A stretch of 61,532 bases of DNA, the filler included, from Streblomastix strix (lineage: Eukaryota), in NCBI GenBank assembly GCA_008636045.1. It is 4 parts of 4 records of this genome, joined end to end, with 100 filler letters (N's around TTAATTAATTAA, not from the genome) between each part and the next. Parts side by side here need not be neighbours in the genome. Positions count along the whole stretch, not along the records: positions 1 to 15,318 come from SNRW01001003.1; positions 15,419 to 30,723 come from SNRW01001004.1; 2 more parts are not named here. One strand, 5' to 3'. This document shows, one piece after another, positions 12,001 to 26,149 of this stretch (positions within the stretch are counted from its first letter, which is position 1; each line of letters begins with the position of its first letter). The notes under the pieces were generated by a model. That model saw only the letters and a list, made by a program, of their open reading frames with translations, was not told where the DNA came from and did not search any database. A program made the position numbers and the translations under genes.

Positions 12001-15000
12001 TGTATAAGAAAAGAAGATTATTGTTATTATTATTAATGAGAAGACTAATGAATTTGTATTTATTCAATTGGAGTTTTATTATTGTTGTTGTTGCTGAAGT
12101 TGTTGTTGTTGTTTAGATGGAAAGGTGTGTTTAATAATGATTTATTTGGATGATTTAAATCGTTATTATCATTATCATTATTTAATTATTATTAATTCTA
12201 TTATTTAGTTTCATTTTCTTTATTATTCAAATCTTTCTCAATTTCATTTTCTTGTCGATTGTCATAAACTAAATCCCAGATCAAATCATTATTTTATTTA
12301 TTTTTATTGAAACTATAATTATCTTATTCATTTTATTCTTTATCATTTAAATCATTATTTTAATCATTTAAATATTCAATTTTAAGTTCATTCATTTATT
12401 CATTATTATTATTATTTTAATTCTAATTATTTTCTTTATTCTAATTTTATTCAGCCTCAATTATTCTTTTCATCATCTTTTCCAATACTTTATCATTCTT
12501 TTATTACGTCAGTTATAAATTAGGTGAAAATAAATTAGTTTCAAATTTCTATTATTATTGCTTTGAATTTTATATATTTTAATTAATTTATGTTTAATTA
12601 TTCTATTATTTCAAATTTTATTCAATTTTTCATTGTTTTCTTGTTATTCATTTGAAAAATCAATTTCTTATTAATTCTATTTTCTTTATTATTTTCATCA
12701 CTTTATTCAATATTCACTCCAAGTTCTAAGTATATTCCATTCTATAATCTTTCATATTATCTTTGTTCTCTTAATTTCGCATCTTCATACAATATTTATC
12801 CAAAACTCAATTTCTATTTATTAATTAATTAATTTTCATACTAACTGTTATTAATATTAATATTAGATTAATTATTGTTGATGTTCTTTATTTGAGAATG
12901 ATATCTGTTTAATTATGGTTTAAATGAATATTCTTTGTCTTGATGCAAATCTTTATCTTTTTCTTCAATTTCTTCTTCAATTTCTTATTAATCATAATCT
13001 TTATTTTATTCATTATTCTATATTTCTTATTATTTAATTTAGCGTATACTTTAATTTGATTTTTTTTTAATATTAATTTATTTTTAATTCATTTTCATTC
13101 ATTTCTTTCACTTTCAATTCTTTCTTTTCTTTTTATTTTATTTCTTTTTCTTAATTTAATCTTTCAATTTATTCGATTTATTATTTTTAAACCTAAATTT
13201 TCTCATTATTTCTTTTCTCCTTGTCTTTGAACCCAGATAATGTATATTATCCTTCATTCAATAGACGATCTAATTCTTATTCATCTTCACTGCTCCAAAA
13301 TGAATCAATTAATTATTCTTCTTTTATTTGTTTATTTGGTTTATTATTATTATTATTTGGTTTATTATTATATTAATTTATATTATAATCTTCTATATTA
13401 TTATTATTATTATTTTAATTTTTATTTTTTTCATTGATTTCTCTCTTCTTTCAATAATAGCATCTATTTTATTCTGATTCATATAAAATTGCTTCATTTC
13501 TCACTTATTCTGCACATGCAATCTTCTCTTAAATTAATCTTTCTTTATTTTCTTACATTTTCTTTATTTATTCTTCTTTTTATTAAGTTATATTCTCTCG
13601 TTTAGATTTCGTTCCTTATGGAAGTTTATACAATCTTTTCACAAGTTATTTTTCTTCTTCTTCATTTAATTGGATTTATTATATTTAATGATTTGGAGAA
13701 TCAGGATTTAATTGTTATTGTTCTTATAATTGTTATTATATTGATTATTATTCATATTAATTTGAAGATTAAAATTGTTATTATTTATTAGATTATTATC
13801 ATTGTACTTATAATAACTATTTCTCAACAATTGATTTGAAATCTAATGAAACTGATTTATGAACAGATTATGAAGGTTCAGATTAATTTGAAATTTATTT
13901 TGAAAATTAATTTCTGGATGGAGATTAATTTTGTTTAACTTTATTGTTATTTGTTTCGTTTAATTAGCTTCTGTTTTGTTTTATTGTTTTGTATGTGAAA
14001 TATTGTCTTAATTTAGTAATCCACTTTATAATGCAATATCACTTTTCAAAAATTTATTTGAACAGTGAATATTAATTGAATTTAATTTATTTCAGTTTAT
14101 CTTGTTTTCATCAATTTTCTAATTTGAATGTTGAATATTTGGATCAGAAATTGCATTGATTTTGTCTTATTCAGTGTCCATTATGTTATTATTCTTTGAA
14201 AAATCATTCATTTCATAATTTTAATTATATTTCAAACTTTAATATTATTAATGGATCTTATTCTTTTTTATATCTATATCATCCTTTGTTGCATTATTTG
14301 TTTTCTGTTTTAATTCATTCTTATTATCTAAATTTAAATTTTCTTTATCTTAATTAATATTTATCTGATTTGTTACTTGAAATTTGAATTTATTTTTAAT
14401 TGGAGTATTTGTTTATTAATTCTTATTTAAATTCTTATTTATTTTATTCTATGAAATTAATTTATCTTCAAATTAATTACGTTCAGCTTCGCGTGATTTT
14501 CTTTTCATCTTCCTTGATTTAATATCAGTCAAGATCTTCGCTAACATGATTTGTTCTTTTTCTTTTGTTAATCTTTTTGATTTTAGTTGAGTTACAGTTT
14601 TCATTTTTTTTAATTTTTTTTCATTTTTTATATTTTCATTTATTGGAGTTTGTTTATTATTATTTTTTATAGTTGATTTTGATGAAAGAATTTTGGGTAT
14701 TTTGTTTATTTATTGAATTTGTAGCTATTTCTTTTATTCTAATTGTTCTTACGCTTTCAAGAATGCATTTTGAATAGACTTTTAAATTTTATTCTTTATT
14801 CCATCTGATAAATTGTGTTGTTAACAGAATTGATCTGTATTCTCTTCAATATTATCATCTTCAAATATCTGAATATGAATATGTTGAATCAAATTTATGT
14901 TAATAAACTATTAATTAAAACAATCAGAAAGTGGCAAACATTGATTGTTTCTTTTTGTCCATGAACAGTAAATGTTGCAGAGATTAAAAGTTCCCTAATG

Positions 15001-15180
15001 TATTATTGATTAGAAAATTCGGGGAGATGGTAAATTGGTGGTGACCGAATATATATATAATTCATATGCCATTAGATAGAGCACATGAAATACATCACTG
15101 TTTACTAATCTCATTTCATCTGGAGTATAGACCAATGTTGAGGAACGGTAGGATGAAGTTTGAAATTTTAGGTCTTTTTT
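9067..15180 (-). CDS. Large Q/N/E-rich low-complexity coiled-coil protein of unknown function; 5' end and introns not fully resolved
   Basis: The minus strand is largely open with TAR=Gln. N-terminal ELLISATFTVHGQKETIN|IFEDDNIEENTDQFCQQHNL across a GT-AG intron, an internal HNRLYFDSQRRE motif, and an end at (ENK)n...VKLNN-TGA (9067-9069). Confidence 0.6.
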
Positions 15181-15318
15181 GCCTATAATTTTTTTTTAAT
15201 TTTTTTCATATTTTTAGATTATTTTATTATAATTCAGCATAATATTGCTTATATTGTGTTTATCATTAATAATTTGGGTAAGTGTCAACGTCGAATGAGC
15301 TTTGCGTGCCTTTTCGAA

Positions 15319-15418
15319 NNNNNNNNNNNNNNNNNNNNNNNNNNNNNNNNNNNNNNNNNNNNTTAATTAATTAANNNNNNNNNNNNNNNNNNNNNNNNNN
15401 NNNNNNNNNNNNNNNNNN
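15319..15418. other. Artificial contig-joining linker (N44-TTAATTAATTAA-N44)
   Basis: An identical 100-nt spacer occurs three times. The flanking contigs are ~15.3 kb each, consistent with length-sorted concatenation. Confidence 0.97.
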
Positions 15419-15439
15419 ATTAATAAATATTAGTAACCG

Positions 15440-15655
15440 ATGGTACAAATAAGCAAATAACAGATTTTAGTACAAGTGTAGTTCAAAGATATTATTAAAA
15501 CGATTCAGTTTATTCAATATATTGGTAATGTCTTGCTGTTTTAACAATACCTTATTATATCAGCTTAAGTGGCATTATAGAATATAGAACGGATATGATT
15601 GGAGATTTGAATTAACATAATTTGGTAAAATCTAAACTGATTTTATGATGTGCGC
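15440..15655 (+). pseudogene. Decayed fragment of a Polinton-like fibre gene (paralogous to ~27020-27300)
   Basis: Aligns by eye with 27020-27300 (AACAGATTTTAxTACAAG...GTAATGTCTTGCTG...GAATATAGAACGGATATGA...AAACTGATTTTATGAT) with an internal deletion of roughly 60-70 nt. Confidence 0.75.
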
Positions 15656-16399
15656 AAATAAACTCAGATTTAAAATTAATGGTATTTTTTTTAATCAAAA
15701 AAAAATCTAACTGTTAGAATAAAAATTATTTGTTTAATATTTCAATACACATACTAGTAACATGCATGCACATATCTATTATTCAAATATAAATATAAAA
15801 TATAATAATTATCGCAACAGAAATAATAATATGGAATTAATTAAATAAATATCAAAAATTCTTTAAAAATTTTGATTCAAAATTTTCGGTATTTTTAATT
15901 TTGTTGTACAGAAACTAGCGATCAATTATATTTATATTTATATTTTAATTAGATCATATATATTGTATATAATAAATATTAAATTGATCAAATCAATTAA
16001 TAAGTAGCAAAGATATTTATAAAATTTAATAAATTTTTTTTTAAATTTTTTAACTAAAATATTTTCAACAATTTAAAGTTATATTATTATCTAAATTTAT
16101 TATATTAAGAGTTAATTTTTTAATATTTTAGTGGAACAAGGATCTTATATTTTAATAATATATATGAATAATATAAATCCTCAAAAAAAGAGAAGTTGTG
16201 ATTTTTTTTATTTTTTAGTATAAAAATCAATTAATCTGCATTTATTCCATTTCTTTAGAAAAAAAATCTATTTATTTTTTAATTTATTAAATAATCAAAT
16301 GCGCTTACCTGGACAGACCAAGACAGTGCGCACAACCATGAAGCCCTGAAACATAAGATCGCGTTCAGGAGGAACTAATAAACACACTCGAGTTTATCC

Positions 16400-18110
16400 A
16401 AGATTATCTAGTAAGAACTGGAAGACGACGTAATAACCTAGGCCACGGATTCTTCCGTTAAGTACTGGAATCCAATATTCGCGATCCCAAATAAGAAATG
16501 AGGCAGGAAGAAGATTGTGGACTTTCGAATTTTGAATAGCGAATTGAAAACAGAGTATTTCAAATTGGAGGAAATAACAGACATTCAAGAAATAATAATG
16601 CCCAACGATTGATCCACAACAATAGACCTGCATCAAGCCTTCCATCACATTAGAGTAGCAGAAGAAATGCGACCGTATCAATGCATTAGCTTCATTGATT
16701 ACTCTTATAGCTACAAAGGAATGCCGTTTGGAGTTTCAACGGCACCGATAACCTTTACAAAATGCCTCTAACCAGTGATAGCAGAGACCAGGAAGCGATG
16801 CAGCTCGAGAATCTTAGTCTATGTAGACTATATTCTGATCATTAATTAGGATCTCATAATATTACAACTCGAAATACTACAAGTAATGAAGATTCTACAA
16901 GAGTTTGGTTGGATGATCGCAATGGACAAGAGCCAGATCAATCCCACGCAGATAGTAGAGTTTTTGGGCTGGAAGTGGAACATGAGAACAATTACAATGT
17001 AAACGACAACATCTCAAAGGAGGGGAGTGTTGAAGTAACTAAAACATCTGATGGAATTAGCGACGAGAAAGAAACACGTAAGAACAAGGGTCTTGGCATT
17101 GAAAATTGGAGAGATCCAATACACAAGAGCACAATTTAAACGAGGCGCGCTTCACACCAAGTAGCTCTAAAAGTTGAAAGACAAGGAAGTAGCTGGTAGA
17201 GGCTGGAACAAATGGACTCAACTCAATAAGAGCGCGACAACGGACATAATATGGTAGATTAACAAATTAGCTCACAATTAACCATTGAGCTTTACGAAAC
17301 CTAATAAATGGATAACAATCCAGACAGATGCTTCGAGCTCAGGATGGGGGGCAAAACTGATTAGAGAGAACCAAGAAAAGGTGTTCGCACACGGAGAGTG
17401 GAAAGACAATAACCTCAAGAGTTCCAATCAACGAGAAGTGACAGCAGTTTTGAAAACACTTCTAGAATTTTATCAAGAATTGATTTAATAGCAGCCTATT
17501 GGAATACGATTACTCACAGACAACACAGTTAGAATGTATTGCTTTATCAAAGGCAAAGGATCAATTACAATAGCTCCACTAGTAGACAAAGTCCTCAAGT
17601 TAGCAGAACAATACAACGGGATAATAGAAGCTAATCATATTCCAGGCTTTTCAAACACTATACAAGACAGCTTATAAAGGTTATACGGATGCAGAGAGAA
17701 CGCAATGAAGAGAGAAGTCCTCTAGAAGATACTCAAGGAGCTTGGGATTTAGAACTCTATAGATGTATTTACGACACGCGCAAACCGATAATGCACGAGG
17801 TATTGCAGTACCTCCAAAGACAACATTGCTGTCAAGCGAAATTGATTCAATCTATAATGGTCCAAGGAAGTTCCACTACTGCACTCACCAATTTCATAAC
17901 TACGGAAAACTATAAGGAAGATCAAACAAGAGCGAGTTCCAATAGAAGTCTTGATTGCGCCAAGATGGCCAAATTAGAAGTGGTTAATGGAGTTGAGAGA
18001 GATTGCAATGCAGAAGAGATGCTTAAGTGTAAGTACGCAAGTCTTACTAATGGGAGCGAAACATAGAAACAAAGGCTGGGCGCTGCCACCTGGATTGATT
18101 TACCTTTTTT
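16400..18110 (+). pseudogene. Reverse transcriptase / RNase H (plus methyltransferase-like tail) of the DIRS element
   Basis: KIVDFRILN, TTIDLHQAFHHI, YKGMPFGVSTAP, ILVYVDY (YxDD mutated, 16820-16831), EFLGW, IQTDASSSGWGA, SNQREVTAV, LLTDN, HIPGFSN, IDVFTTRANR. In-frame TGAs indicate decay. Confidence 0.85.
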
Positions 18111-19090
18111 AGTGAGAACAAAGACGGAGAAAAGCTTTTCAGACAACTGTTACAAGCTAGAGGACTGAGTTCCAATAGGGTAGACTAAATCATTTCCAAT
18201 TGGTCAAGCTAATGGAGAACACATATTTCAGGGTTCATATTGCATGCAGGATACCTCAAGAGGATCCATTAGCAGCCTTAGTACCTTCTAAATCAAGAAC
18301 AACCACAGATCTTCATGGCAAACTATCTATAAGATGTAACAAACGAAAAGTGTTCAGATAACTCTGTTAAGAACTAACGATGTACTTTAGCAGTGCTACT
18401 TAAGTTTATGGGATACTCAGAGTAATAAATCCATTTTGACCTAGTCGAATAGCTTATGCTAAAGATCAGAATGCGACTTAGATAGACAGATAAAGAAAAG
18501 CAGATCTGGGATTTAGACTTTTTATTAATCAGCATTAAATCATAAGTCCCACTACTAGAATAAAACCTCTTTTCAATATAGCAAAGAGAGCAATAGCTGC
18601 TACACTAGTAATGGTGTCCACAGTAGCAAGACTAGCTGAATTGCATAGAGTTACACTACTTAACACATCGGATGATGAGTATATAATCTAAACAACTATC
18701 TTAAAGTCCCCCAAAGAATTTCTGAATTCAAGATTTACAAGATTCCCGATGAGAGAATCTGCCCACTGCGCTGGTTCAAATCTTGGTTTGCTGACAGAGA
18801 ACCAAATATCCCAAACAAAGCCCAAGAATTCCGTAGAATCAGCAAGTTAGAGAAGTACATCTAGGCTGATGATCTTAGCAAAGCCATAAGAGCAGCAAAG
18901 CAGTTTGTTGGCATTAGCAAGACATACTCAGTTACATCCATTAGAGCTGCTGCAATTACCAAACTCCTAAATTATAATATCAGTAGAGTGCAAGTTGATA
19001 GATTCACTCACCAATCTGACACTGCCTCCACAATCAGGCAATATTATAACAAAAACAATAATGTTGAAACTAGAGAAGTGCTTGGCTAGA
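18110..19090 (+). pseudogene. Tyrosine recombinase of the DIRS element (frameshifted)
   Basis: QIWDLDFLL, STVARLAELHR, ICPLRWF, YSVTSIRAAAITKLL, DRFTHQSDTASTIRQYY (R...R...H...Y-type residues). Frameshift near 18710. Confidence 0.75.
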
Positions 19091-21355
19091 CCAAATAAGA
19101 GCTTGATAACGAGGAAGATGAAGAACAGGAGAGAACGTTACTAGAAGAGAAAGAACATGAGAGATCCAATGTCGAATGGAGAATATCAAGCCCTGTTGGT
19201 GATCTTTCTCCAGGTTTGAGCCACCTGGAGTTTCCTTAATCCCTCAATAGCATTCACATCACTCAATCACAGTCTTCCATTGAAATTAAGGAAACTTTTT
19301 AACCATTTTTATAATATTCCAGGACTCCAACATAAGTAGTGGTTAATTAAAAGGCTCAATAAGACGCTGCGATTGCAGCAGAAGTTGCCCGACTCTTAGA
19401 TCCTTTCAATATTGGGAGAGTCAATAAACAATCGAAGAGCTCATTATCTCTGCAGGAGGTAGTTAATAACCCGGAAGAATATAAGCATTCCTCCGGAAGA
19501 GAGATGAGCTCTTCGTTTGTCCCACCACATTAAGATGTTCCAACCCTTGGGAATTTGGGGCAATCGGAGAGCTATGAAGTCCAGACAATGAGTAGTGCTG
19601 ATGAAGAGCATGAAGCGCTATTGTAAAATGAAAAGGAAACAGATGATTCAGGAACTACAAATGCTTTAATATGTTCCAGTTCATGAAATACAGTTTATTT
19701 TATTATATTTACTATTTATTTATTTGACTATGTCACGATTTTTCGGGCTGGGCCCATTGTCGGGTGCCCTGAGAATCAATAAACAAATGAAGGGCTCATA
19801 TCTCTTCCGGAGGATTGTTTATCTACATAATGAATACAGAAATATGCTGTTTGCTTCTTTTTTTCGTAAGTGATTACATTATTTAATTTTTAGTTATAGA
19901 TAACTGATATAAATTGTAATTGATAAAGACGAAATACTGAAGATAGATATGCAAATATAGAATGAACAAAGAGATAATAGCATATAATGAAAAAGTTTGC
20001 TATAAGTTTAAAAACATTCATTTTCATGTCAATTTACATGCGCGAATGCATAAAAATATATGTTGATATAAATATGAATGATTTTGAACTTACAGCATCC
20101 AATTTTCCCCAATACTACAGAATAAACGTTCGTATTTTCATTAGTCGTCCTCATTAATATAAAATTTGAATAAATAAACATTAATCACACAGTAAATGAA
20201 CAAATAATAAACTGAATTCGCTTCCAGCAAAGCTGGCTGCATAAATGCTAATAAAGTGTTAGCGGCGCGGTAAAAACGGATTATTCAAAATCGTTAACGA
20301 TATGGACAAACGGCTATTGTAAATGTGATTCAGTTATTTCATTATTAAGTTATTAGTATTTTTATAGTAATTTTCGTTCTAGCTCTTCAAAATATTCATA
20401 TATTTGCTTATTCATTTTAAAAATGAAACAAAAACAATAATTCAAATTAATTTCGATAACTTTATTGTCATATCCAAATTTACTTTTATTTCAAACATTA
20501 TGTCTAACTCATTTCTCATTGCTTCCGTAACAAAACTATCAGTTTAAATTAGAAAATAAGAATAATCCAATTATTCTTTCAATAAGCAATATTTATTTGT
20601 CATTTAACTATTAATTCCTTCAATAGTTCAGAGATTATATTTGTTCATTTATAAAACAGGAACAAAAAATAATTTATCAATTTAAATCAAAATTAATATC
20701 TTTATCCTATTCTTCATACTATGCAGGTTCTTCTTAGCATTCGTGCAGAGCTTAAACCTATTCAATTACTTATTCGTTTTGTTTTTTTGGTTATTTATAT
20801 CGTTTAACTTTTTATTTATATTACTAGATTTGTTTAACTGCATCTTAATGCTATTATTTAATAAATGAATTTGCAGTAGTTAACTAAATAAGTTCCTCCA
20901 AATCAAAATGACGATTAGTATAATTAATTTATGGAGTTTTTGATGTTTTAACTACTCTTTTTCTGACTTATTTCTTTAATGGTTTTTCTCTAACTTCGCT
21001 TATGGAATCGTTATCGCTATCATTTTAATCCTCCTACGGTTCATAAGATATTAAATCTTATTCTTCTCAATCATCCTATTTCTATATTTATTTTTAAATT
21101 TTTCTTTGGTTCATGTCCACCTCCACGATCTTGTAATAATAACTTATTCTGTTGTGTTTAAGATAATTTTTTTAAGTGTTTCCTTTCCTTCTTCGAACAC
21201 TTTAATATTTTTATTAATGAGGATCATATATCTATTTTCAAATTATTCTATATTTGTTTCATTTTCTATCAAATTCTTTAATGCGTATTGTAAGTCCAAC
21301 TGAATATTTTAAAATAAAGAAAAAGATAAAAAGCAAAGAAAGAAACTCAACTTGA

Positions 21356-22069
21356 ATGTCAAAAACCAAGAAATAAATGACTGAAATTAATCATTGTGAA
21401 CTTGCGGATAAAGATAAATTAAGATTGTTATTGATTGATGATACAATTAGTCGTACTAAATCAATGCCGAAGGTAAATCTTAAACATAGTGAAACAGCAG
21501 ATGAAACGACAAAACCAAAAGAAAATGTAATTTAAATTGTGAATGAAATTATTCCAGTAACGCCTGCATAATTGATCTTTACATAATAATAAATTATTAA
21601 GTATAAGAGCAAATATAATAAAGATAAATATAAACAAATAGATAAAACAACAACATAATTAGATCCTGTGGAAGTAGTTAAAAATACTTATCTTTCTCAT
21701 CCAAATCTTGAAGTAATGAAATTGATTATTGATCGAATTTATGTTACAGTTACTTTAAGAAAAAGAGATGATTATTTAATGCTTTCATCAGATAATTTTA
21801 TTAAATTTTGGTCATTATTTACTTTTGAGAATGAAGATGATGTGGAAATTATATTTGTAGAACCATTAATGAGATCTCATTCATGCTTAGGTAAATCATA
21901 TAAAAAGAAAGATTTAATAAGAATAATGGATATATTAACGAAAAATGTTAGTATATCAGTTATTGATAAAATCTTTTATAAATCTATTGAGAAACCATAT
22001 CGAGTTAACAAGGACTTAGTTCGTTTATCTGATGCACCTACATCAGAGATAATAAAAAATGATTTTTGA
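21356..22069 (+). CDS. Hypothetical protein of the endogenous virus (237 aa)
   Basis: ATG 21356 to TGA 22067-22069 is open with TAR=Gln (MSKTKKQMTEINHCELADKDKLRLLLIDD...) and extends ORF-track 21668..22069. Confidence 0.65.
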
Positions 22070-22648
22070 AATAATTATTTTAGCTATCTTTTTTTTACAT
22101 TTATTTATTTTTACCGAGAACAAAAATGCTTTCACAATCTTAAATCGTTAAAGGTAATTTGCTTGTTCATCCTCAAAATATACCAAAAGAAATATATGTT
22201 AAACCTATTTAATAATGTAGTGATGATTTCTATTTAACGAACGCAATCCAAAAAAAAATAAGCATTATTATAAGTTCTTAAACGATATGGAAGTAATTCT
22301 AGTTATCCATAACAAGAATATATAATGATTGAGAAACAAAATAATGATCATATTGATGATACAATTAAATTGTATACATAACTGATGAAGTATCTTAGAG
22401 ACAACACATCAAATTATCCTATTCGAAACTTTACGGCGATCGAAGATCGATCCAGCTAAGCTGCAGAAGAGGATGCAGTCAAATATAATGAATTAAGAGA
22501 AGCATTTGAATAAATGTAAGCTCAAACAAAATATAATTAATACGGATAATTTGGTGTTAAATGTGAAATTAATAGTAAAGATTACTATGTTGAAGAAACT
22601 TGAGGTTTAAACTTTGCTAAATGAAAAACATATTTTTTTATAATAAAA

Positions 22649-23600
22649 ATGGATCAAAACTTAAGTGATTTAGATATGATTGATGAAGGTGAATAGATTA
22701 ATTTGTAAGAATAGGCAAGTAAAATAATACAATTATAAGAAGAGTAATAAAAAAATATTTAACATAATGCATTAAAATAAGTTATTGATAATGAGATAAT
22801 AAAGTATTTTAATTTTTTAAATTAATTCTTTAGGAATTCTATCGATTTGGTTAATTTACATACTGATTAGATTATTCGTGGGGTAAAAACATTTTTATAA
22901 CCGTTAATAGCTGGAAAAATTATTAAATAATGAGAAACAAATAACTAAATTATATTAGCAAATGGAGACATATAAAATATAGATGATTTTCTGCCAAAGA
23001 TAAGCTAATATATGCACGATAATTTTACTCTATAACAAAGCAATAATGATGATACTAAATTAGATGGTATAAAAATAAATAGTGATGCTGGTAAAAATTT
23101 AGACAGCAATTTATATTTAAGCACTAATGTATATATAACTGTATCATTATAGTTGATAGTCATCCAGTATTGGTTCCTACTTTAGAATATATTTGGACGT
23201 TATTATCAATATTAACTAATACAACAGCTGGATTTAGAAATGATTAACTATTCTAGATATAAAAAATGATTAATGTTAATAATACTTATAGAGGACTATA
23301 TATCGATAAAGATTGCAGATAATTAATATTCTTTAGATAACGTATAGCACAAATGACATCAAAAAAAGTGGTATATTTCATATGTGTGATAATGTAGTCG
23401 GGCAAAGCTAAAGTTCATTAGTGGTGCATAGTAGTGGCATTGCTTATATTAGCTTATATCTTCATTGGACTGCATAACGTGGGTCAACTGATATTCCCGT
23501 CATAATGGGAACTTTTGATTATGATTTCATACCTAAATTTACTGGACCAATAATTATGTAACGTTTAATGACTGCATCAGCAAATATAAAATTAATTTTG
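22649..23600 (+). pseudogene. Fibre/spike-like protein remnant of the endogenous virus
   Basis: MDQNLSDLDMIDEGEQ... then QIIRGVKTFLQPLIAGKIIKQ*ETNNQIILANGD, resembling tail-fibre QTIxGxKTF / ILLANG motifs. Contains stops and frameshifts. Confidence 0.45.
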
Positions 23601-23679
23601 TAATCACCAACAAGTTGGCGGGCATTGATACTAAGCGTAGCTTAGCTGAACTGATACTTACGATTTCAAACCAAAAATT

Positions 23680-25666
23680 TCATTGAGGTTTAATTGATCC
23701 ACCAGCAACCTCACAAATAACATCAATATTTAATACTTATGGTATTGAACTATCATCAAATATAATTCTAATAAACGCATCACACAAATAATTCATCGTT
23801 GGAGTAATAGATGCTTTATTAGGATCAGGATATGCTCTAGTTCCAATGAATTATTTGAAATCATTTTAGTTCTATGATGGACTTATATTAGATGTATCAA
23901 TAATTCCTTTAGTCGAATTTCTTTACAAAATCATTTATATAATAAGTCTAGAACCTATCTTTGAGGAGTTATTTTATCATATAAATGAATTATCAGAAGC
24001 TAATTTCCATGCAAGCATATATTTGTTAGGATAAAGTGTTCCAATAGCTTTACTTCCACTATTCAATGTTGTTAAATAGAATATGTTAGCTGTTTTATAT
24101 TAATCATTATTATTTAATTATCTATAGAAATGTTTCTTATCATCAATATTTAAGTTCTTGAATGTAAATTAATGACATAGAATTGATGGGCACTAATAAC
24201 ATCTTCATCAACGAAACAATCAAACATTTATCCATTAGTTGCTTAATTTTATGATTTATATGGCTATGGGATAATATTATTCTAATCAATAACTAGATTA
24301 AGTCCTGAGAGTAATACAGTGAAAATACATGTCGAATATTAGGGCATAGTAAATGTCATAAATAGTGTCTTTATGTTAGTGAATGACGTAACGCTTTACA
24401 TTGATCCACTTTCTTAATCAAAACCGCTAAATGGAATGCTTGATGATTATGTTCTAAATACTTATGTAGGAAAGTTAATTATTTTTTATTATTGAATCAT
24501 ACTAATTATAGCTTCTTCATTTTCAATATTTAAGCATACGATTTATATCTCTAATACATCAAATTTTGCCGTTTCAATCTAACTAATTGAATTTTATGGT
24601 GTCATATCACTGATAACAATATTTGATATATTTACAATTCTTATATTATATCTCTGATATTCAAGAGTCTTATTAACTTCTCCTCGTTCAGCTAGATGAT
24701 AAATAATATCAGGTTTCTCCGGACGAATCATATGATAAGCTAAATGAATATTTTTTACTGTATTATTTTTTTAAGCTATACAACCTTCAAATTCTATAGG
24801 AAATCTTATATCCAGAGCAATAGATGTAATGATGCGTAATTAAATGTAAGAACAGTGAATGAATTAAATATAAAATTTTGTTAGTTAAGATCAAATACTC
24901 CAGTAAATGTAATATCCTAAGGAATTTTGTAATAGAATGGTATTCCAACAGTAGCAGCAGTTGCTTATTCGTCAAATGCACCAAGTGGGATATCAATAAT
25001 CACTCCACAATGACGTTTTTCTTCTATTATTCTTTCTAATGGTGAAACGCTAACGCTATTTTTAGTACACAAATCACTAAGAGAATTTTCATTAATTTCT
25101 GCTTATTCTCGTGCATAGATTGCAGATCCAAATAATGCTGTTGCATCTTTCATTTGTTAAAATTAGTAGAATGGTCCACAATTTGTTGATAATATAATCC
25201 AAAATTACGAATGATTCGGCATTTCTCTTCTTCCAGCATTTTTACCATAATATTTTTGTGTTGTATATAAAATATTTGTAGTTTAATCTGCTGTTGGATC
25301 TTCTAACCCATTGAAATTTGTTCATGCGTTTAATTTACCTGTAGTATTCTATTCATCAAATGTTTTATTTAAATATATTGCAAATGTATTTTTAGGTATT
25401 GTAATTCTCCAATTTATTTAACAAGTTTAAACCATTGAACAAACAGATTTATCTCTTGTTCCTAATGGTGCTCTAGTATATTTAACTCCACTAGATGTTA
25501 GTTCAGTAATAGAAGAATCGAAGAAATTTTACTTTGATATTTCAAATGATTGTGGATGGATAGATAATGTTTTTAGAACTTCCCCAAGTTACATATATCC
25601 ACTACTGTAATCGAAATGTTGCATTTTTGCTAAGCGTCCAGGATAATCACTAGATTTGAATGACAT
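23680..25666 (-). pseudogene. Putative major capsid protein (~660 codons) of the endogenous virus, disrupted
   Basis: MSFKSSDYPGRLAKMQHFDY...CGPFYQFQQMKDATALFGSAIYAREQA...KRHCGVIIDIPLG...FDDSSIPQVLNIDVICEVAGGSIKPQ*. Has an in-frame TGA near 25322. The capsid call rests on size, beta-rich composition and context only. Confidence 0.5.
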
Positions 25667-25743
25667 TTTAATAAAACAAAAATTAATGAACTGATGTCAA
25701 AGATTAAGCGAAGTCAAAGACTAAGCTAAAGCGAAGCGTAAAG

Positions 25744-25983
25744 ATGTTTATGTTAAAAGTTTTTATAGTAAATCAAATAGGGTTCTTCTCCGGAATAGCA
25801 AATTTTGAGTCAAAAATATTAAATGGAATTAAGAAAGCAGCATAATGGGTTGAACGAGCATTACATATGGTTTTATCAACAATATCAGGACCAGTAGGAA
25901 TGATTCATCCTAGAATTAGAGGTACATTTAGTGCAAGAGCTAATCTGGCAGGTGCTGTTGGTAGACTGGTGAATAAACGTTGA
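25744..25983 (+). CDS. Small basic amphipathic viral protein (candidate membrane-active/core protein, 79 aa)
   Basis: ...GFFSGIANFESKILNGIKKAAQWVERALHMVLSTISGPVGMIHP...AGAVGRLVNKR*. Confidence 0.5.
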
Positions 25984-26149
25984 TCTTAGCATAATTTATT
26001 TTTGGCAATTGTGCTGCCAAAAACATAATTTATATTGAAACATGAACAAATCACTATCGTAATAGCAAATCCAAATAGTTAGATAACTCATCATTAATAA
26101 TATAGCTTATTATTTTTAATTTAAGAAATGAGGTGAATTAAGAGGAGGT

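Larger units (their letters stand above)
16300..19820 (+). mobile_element. Degenerate DIRS-like (tyrosine recombinase) retrotransposon; boundaries approximate
   Basis: Abrupt GC rise, with RT, RNase H, a methyltransferase-like segment and tyrosine recombinase in DIRS order. Direct and inverted repeats lie near the 3' end. Confidence 0.85.

Noticed and set aside
9888..13437. Short Tyr/Ile-rich ORFs in the supplied track (also minus-strand ORFs 55071-61233)
   Set aside because: Most are antisense or off-frame shadows of long TAA-rich Gln-coding genes, and the rest are fragments of those genes.
15319..15418. TTAATTAATTAA palindrome, and gene neighbourhoods across it (also 30724-30823 and 46129-46228)
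   Set aside because: It is an artificial joining linker, so synteny between the four contigs carries no information.
20200..20330. GC-richer stretch as a terminal inverted repeat of the endogenous virus
   Set aside because: No matching partner is visible in the window because the other end of the element is missing.
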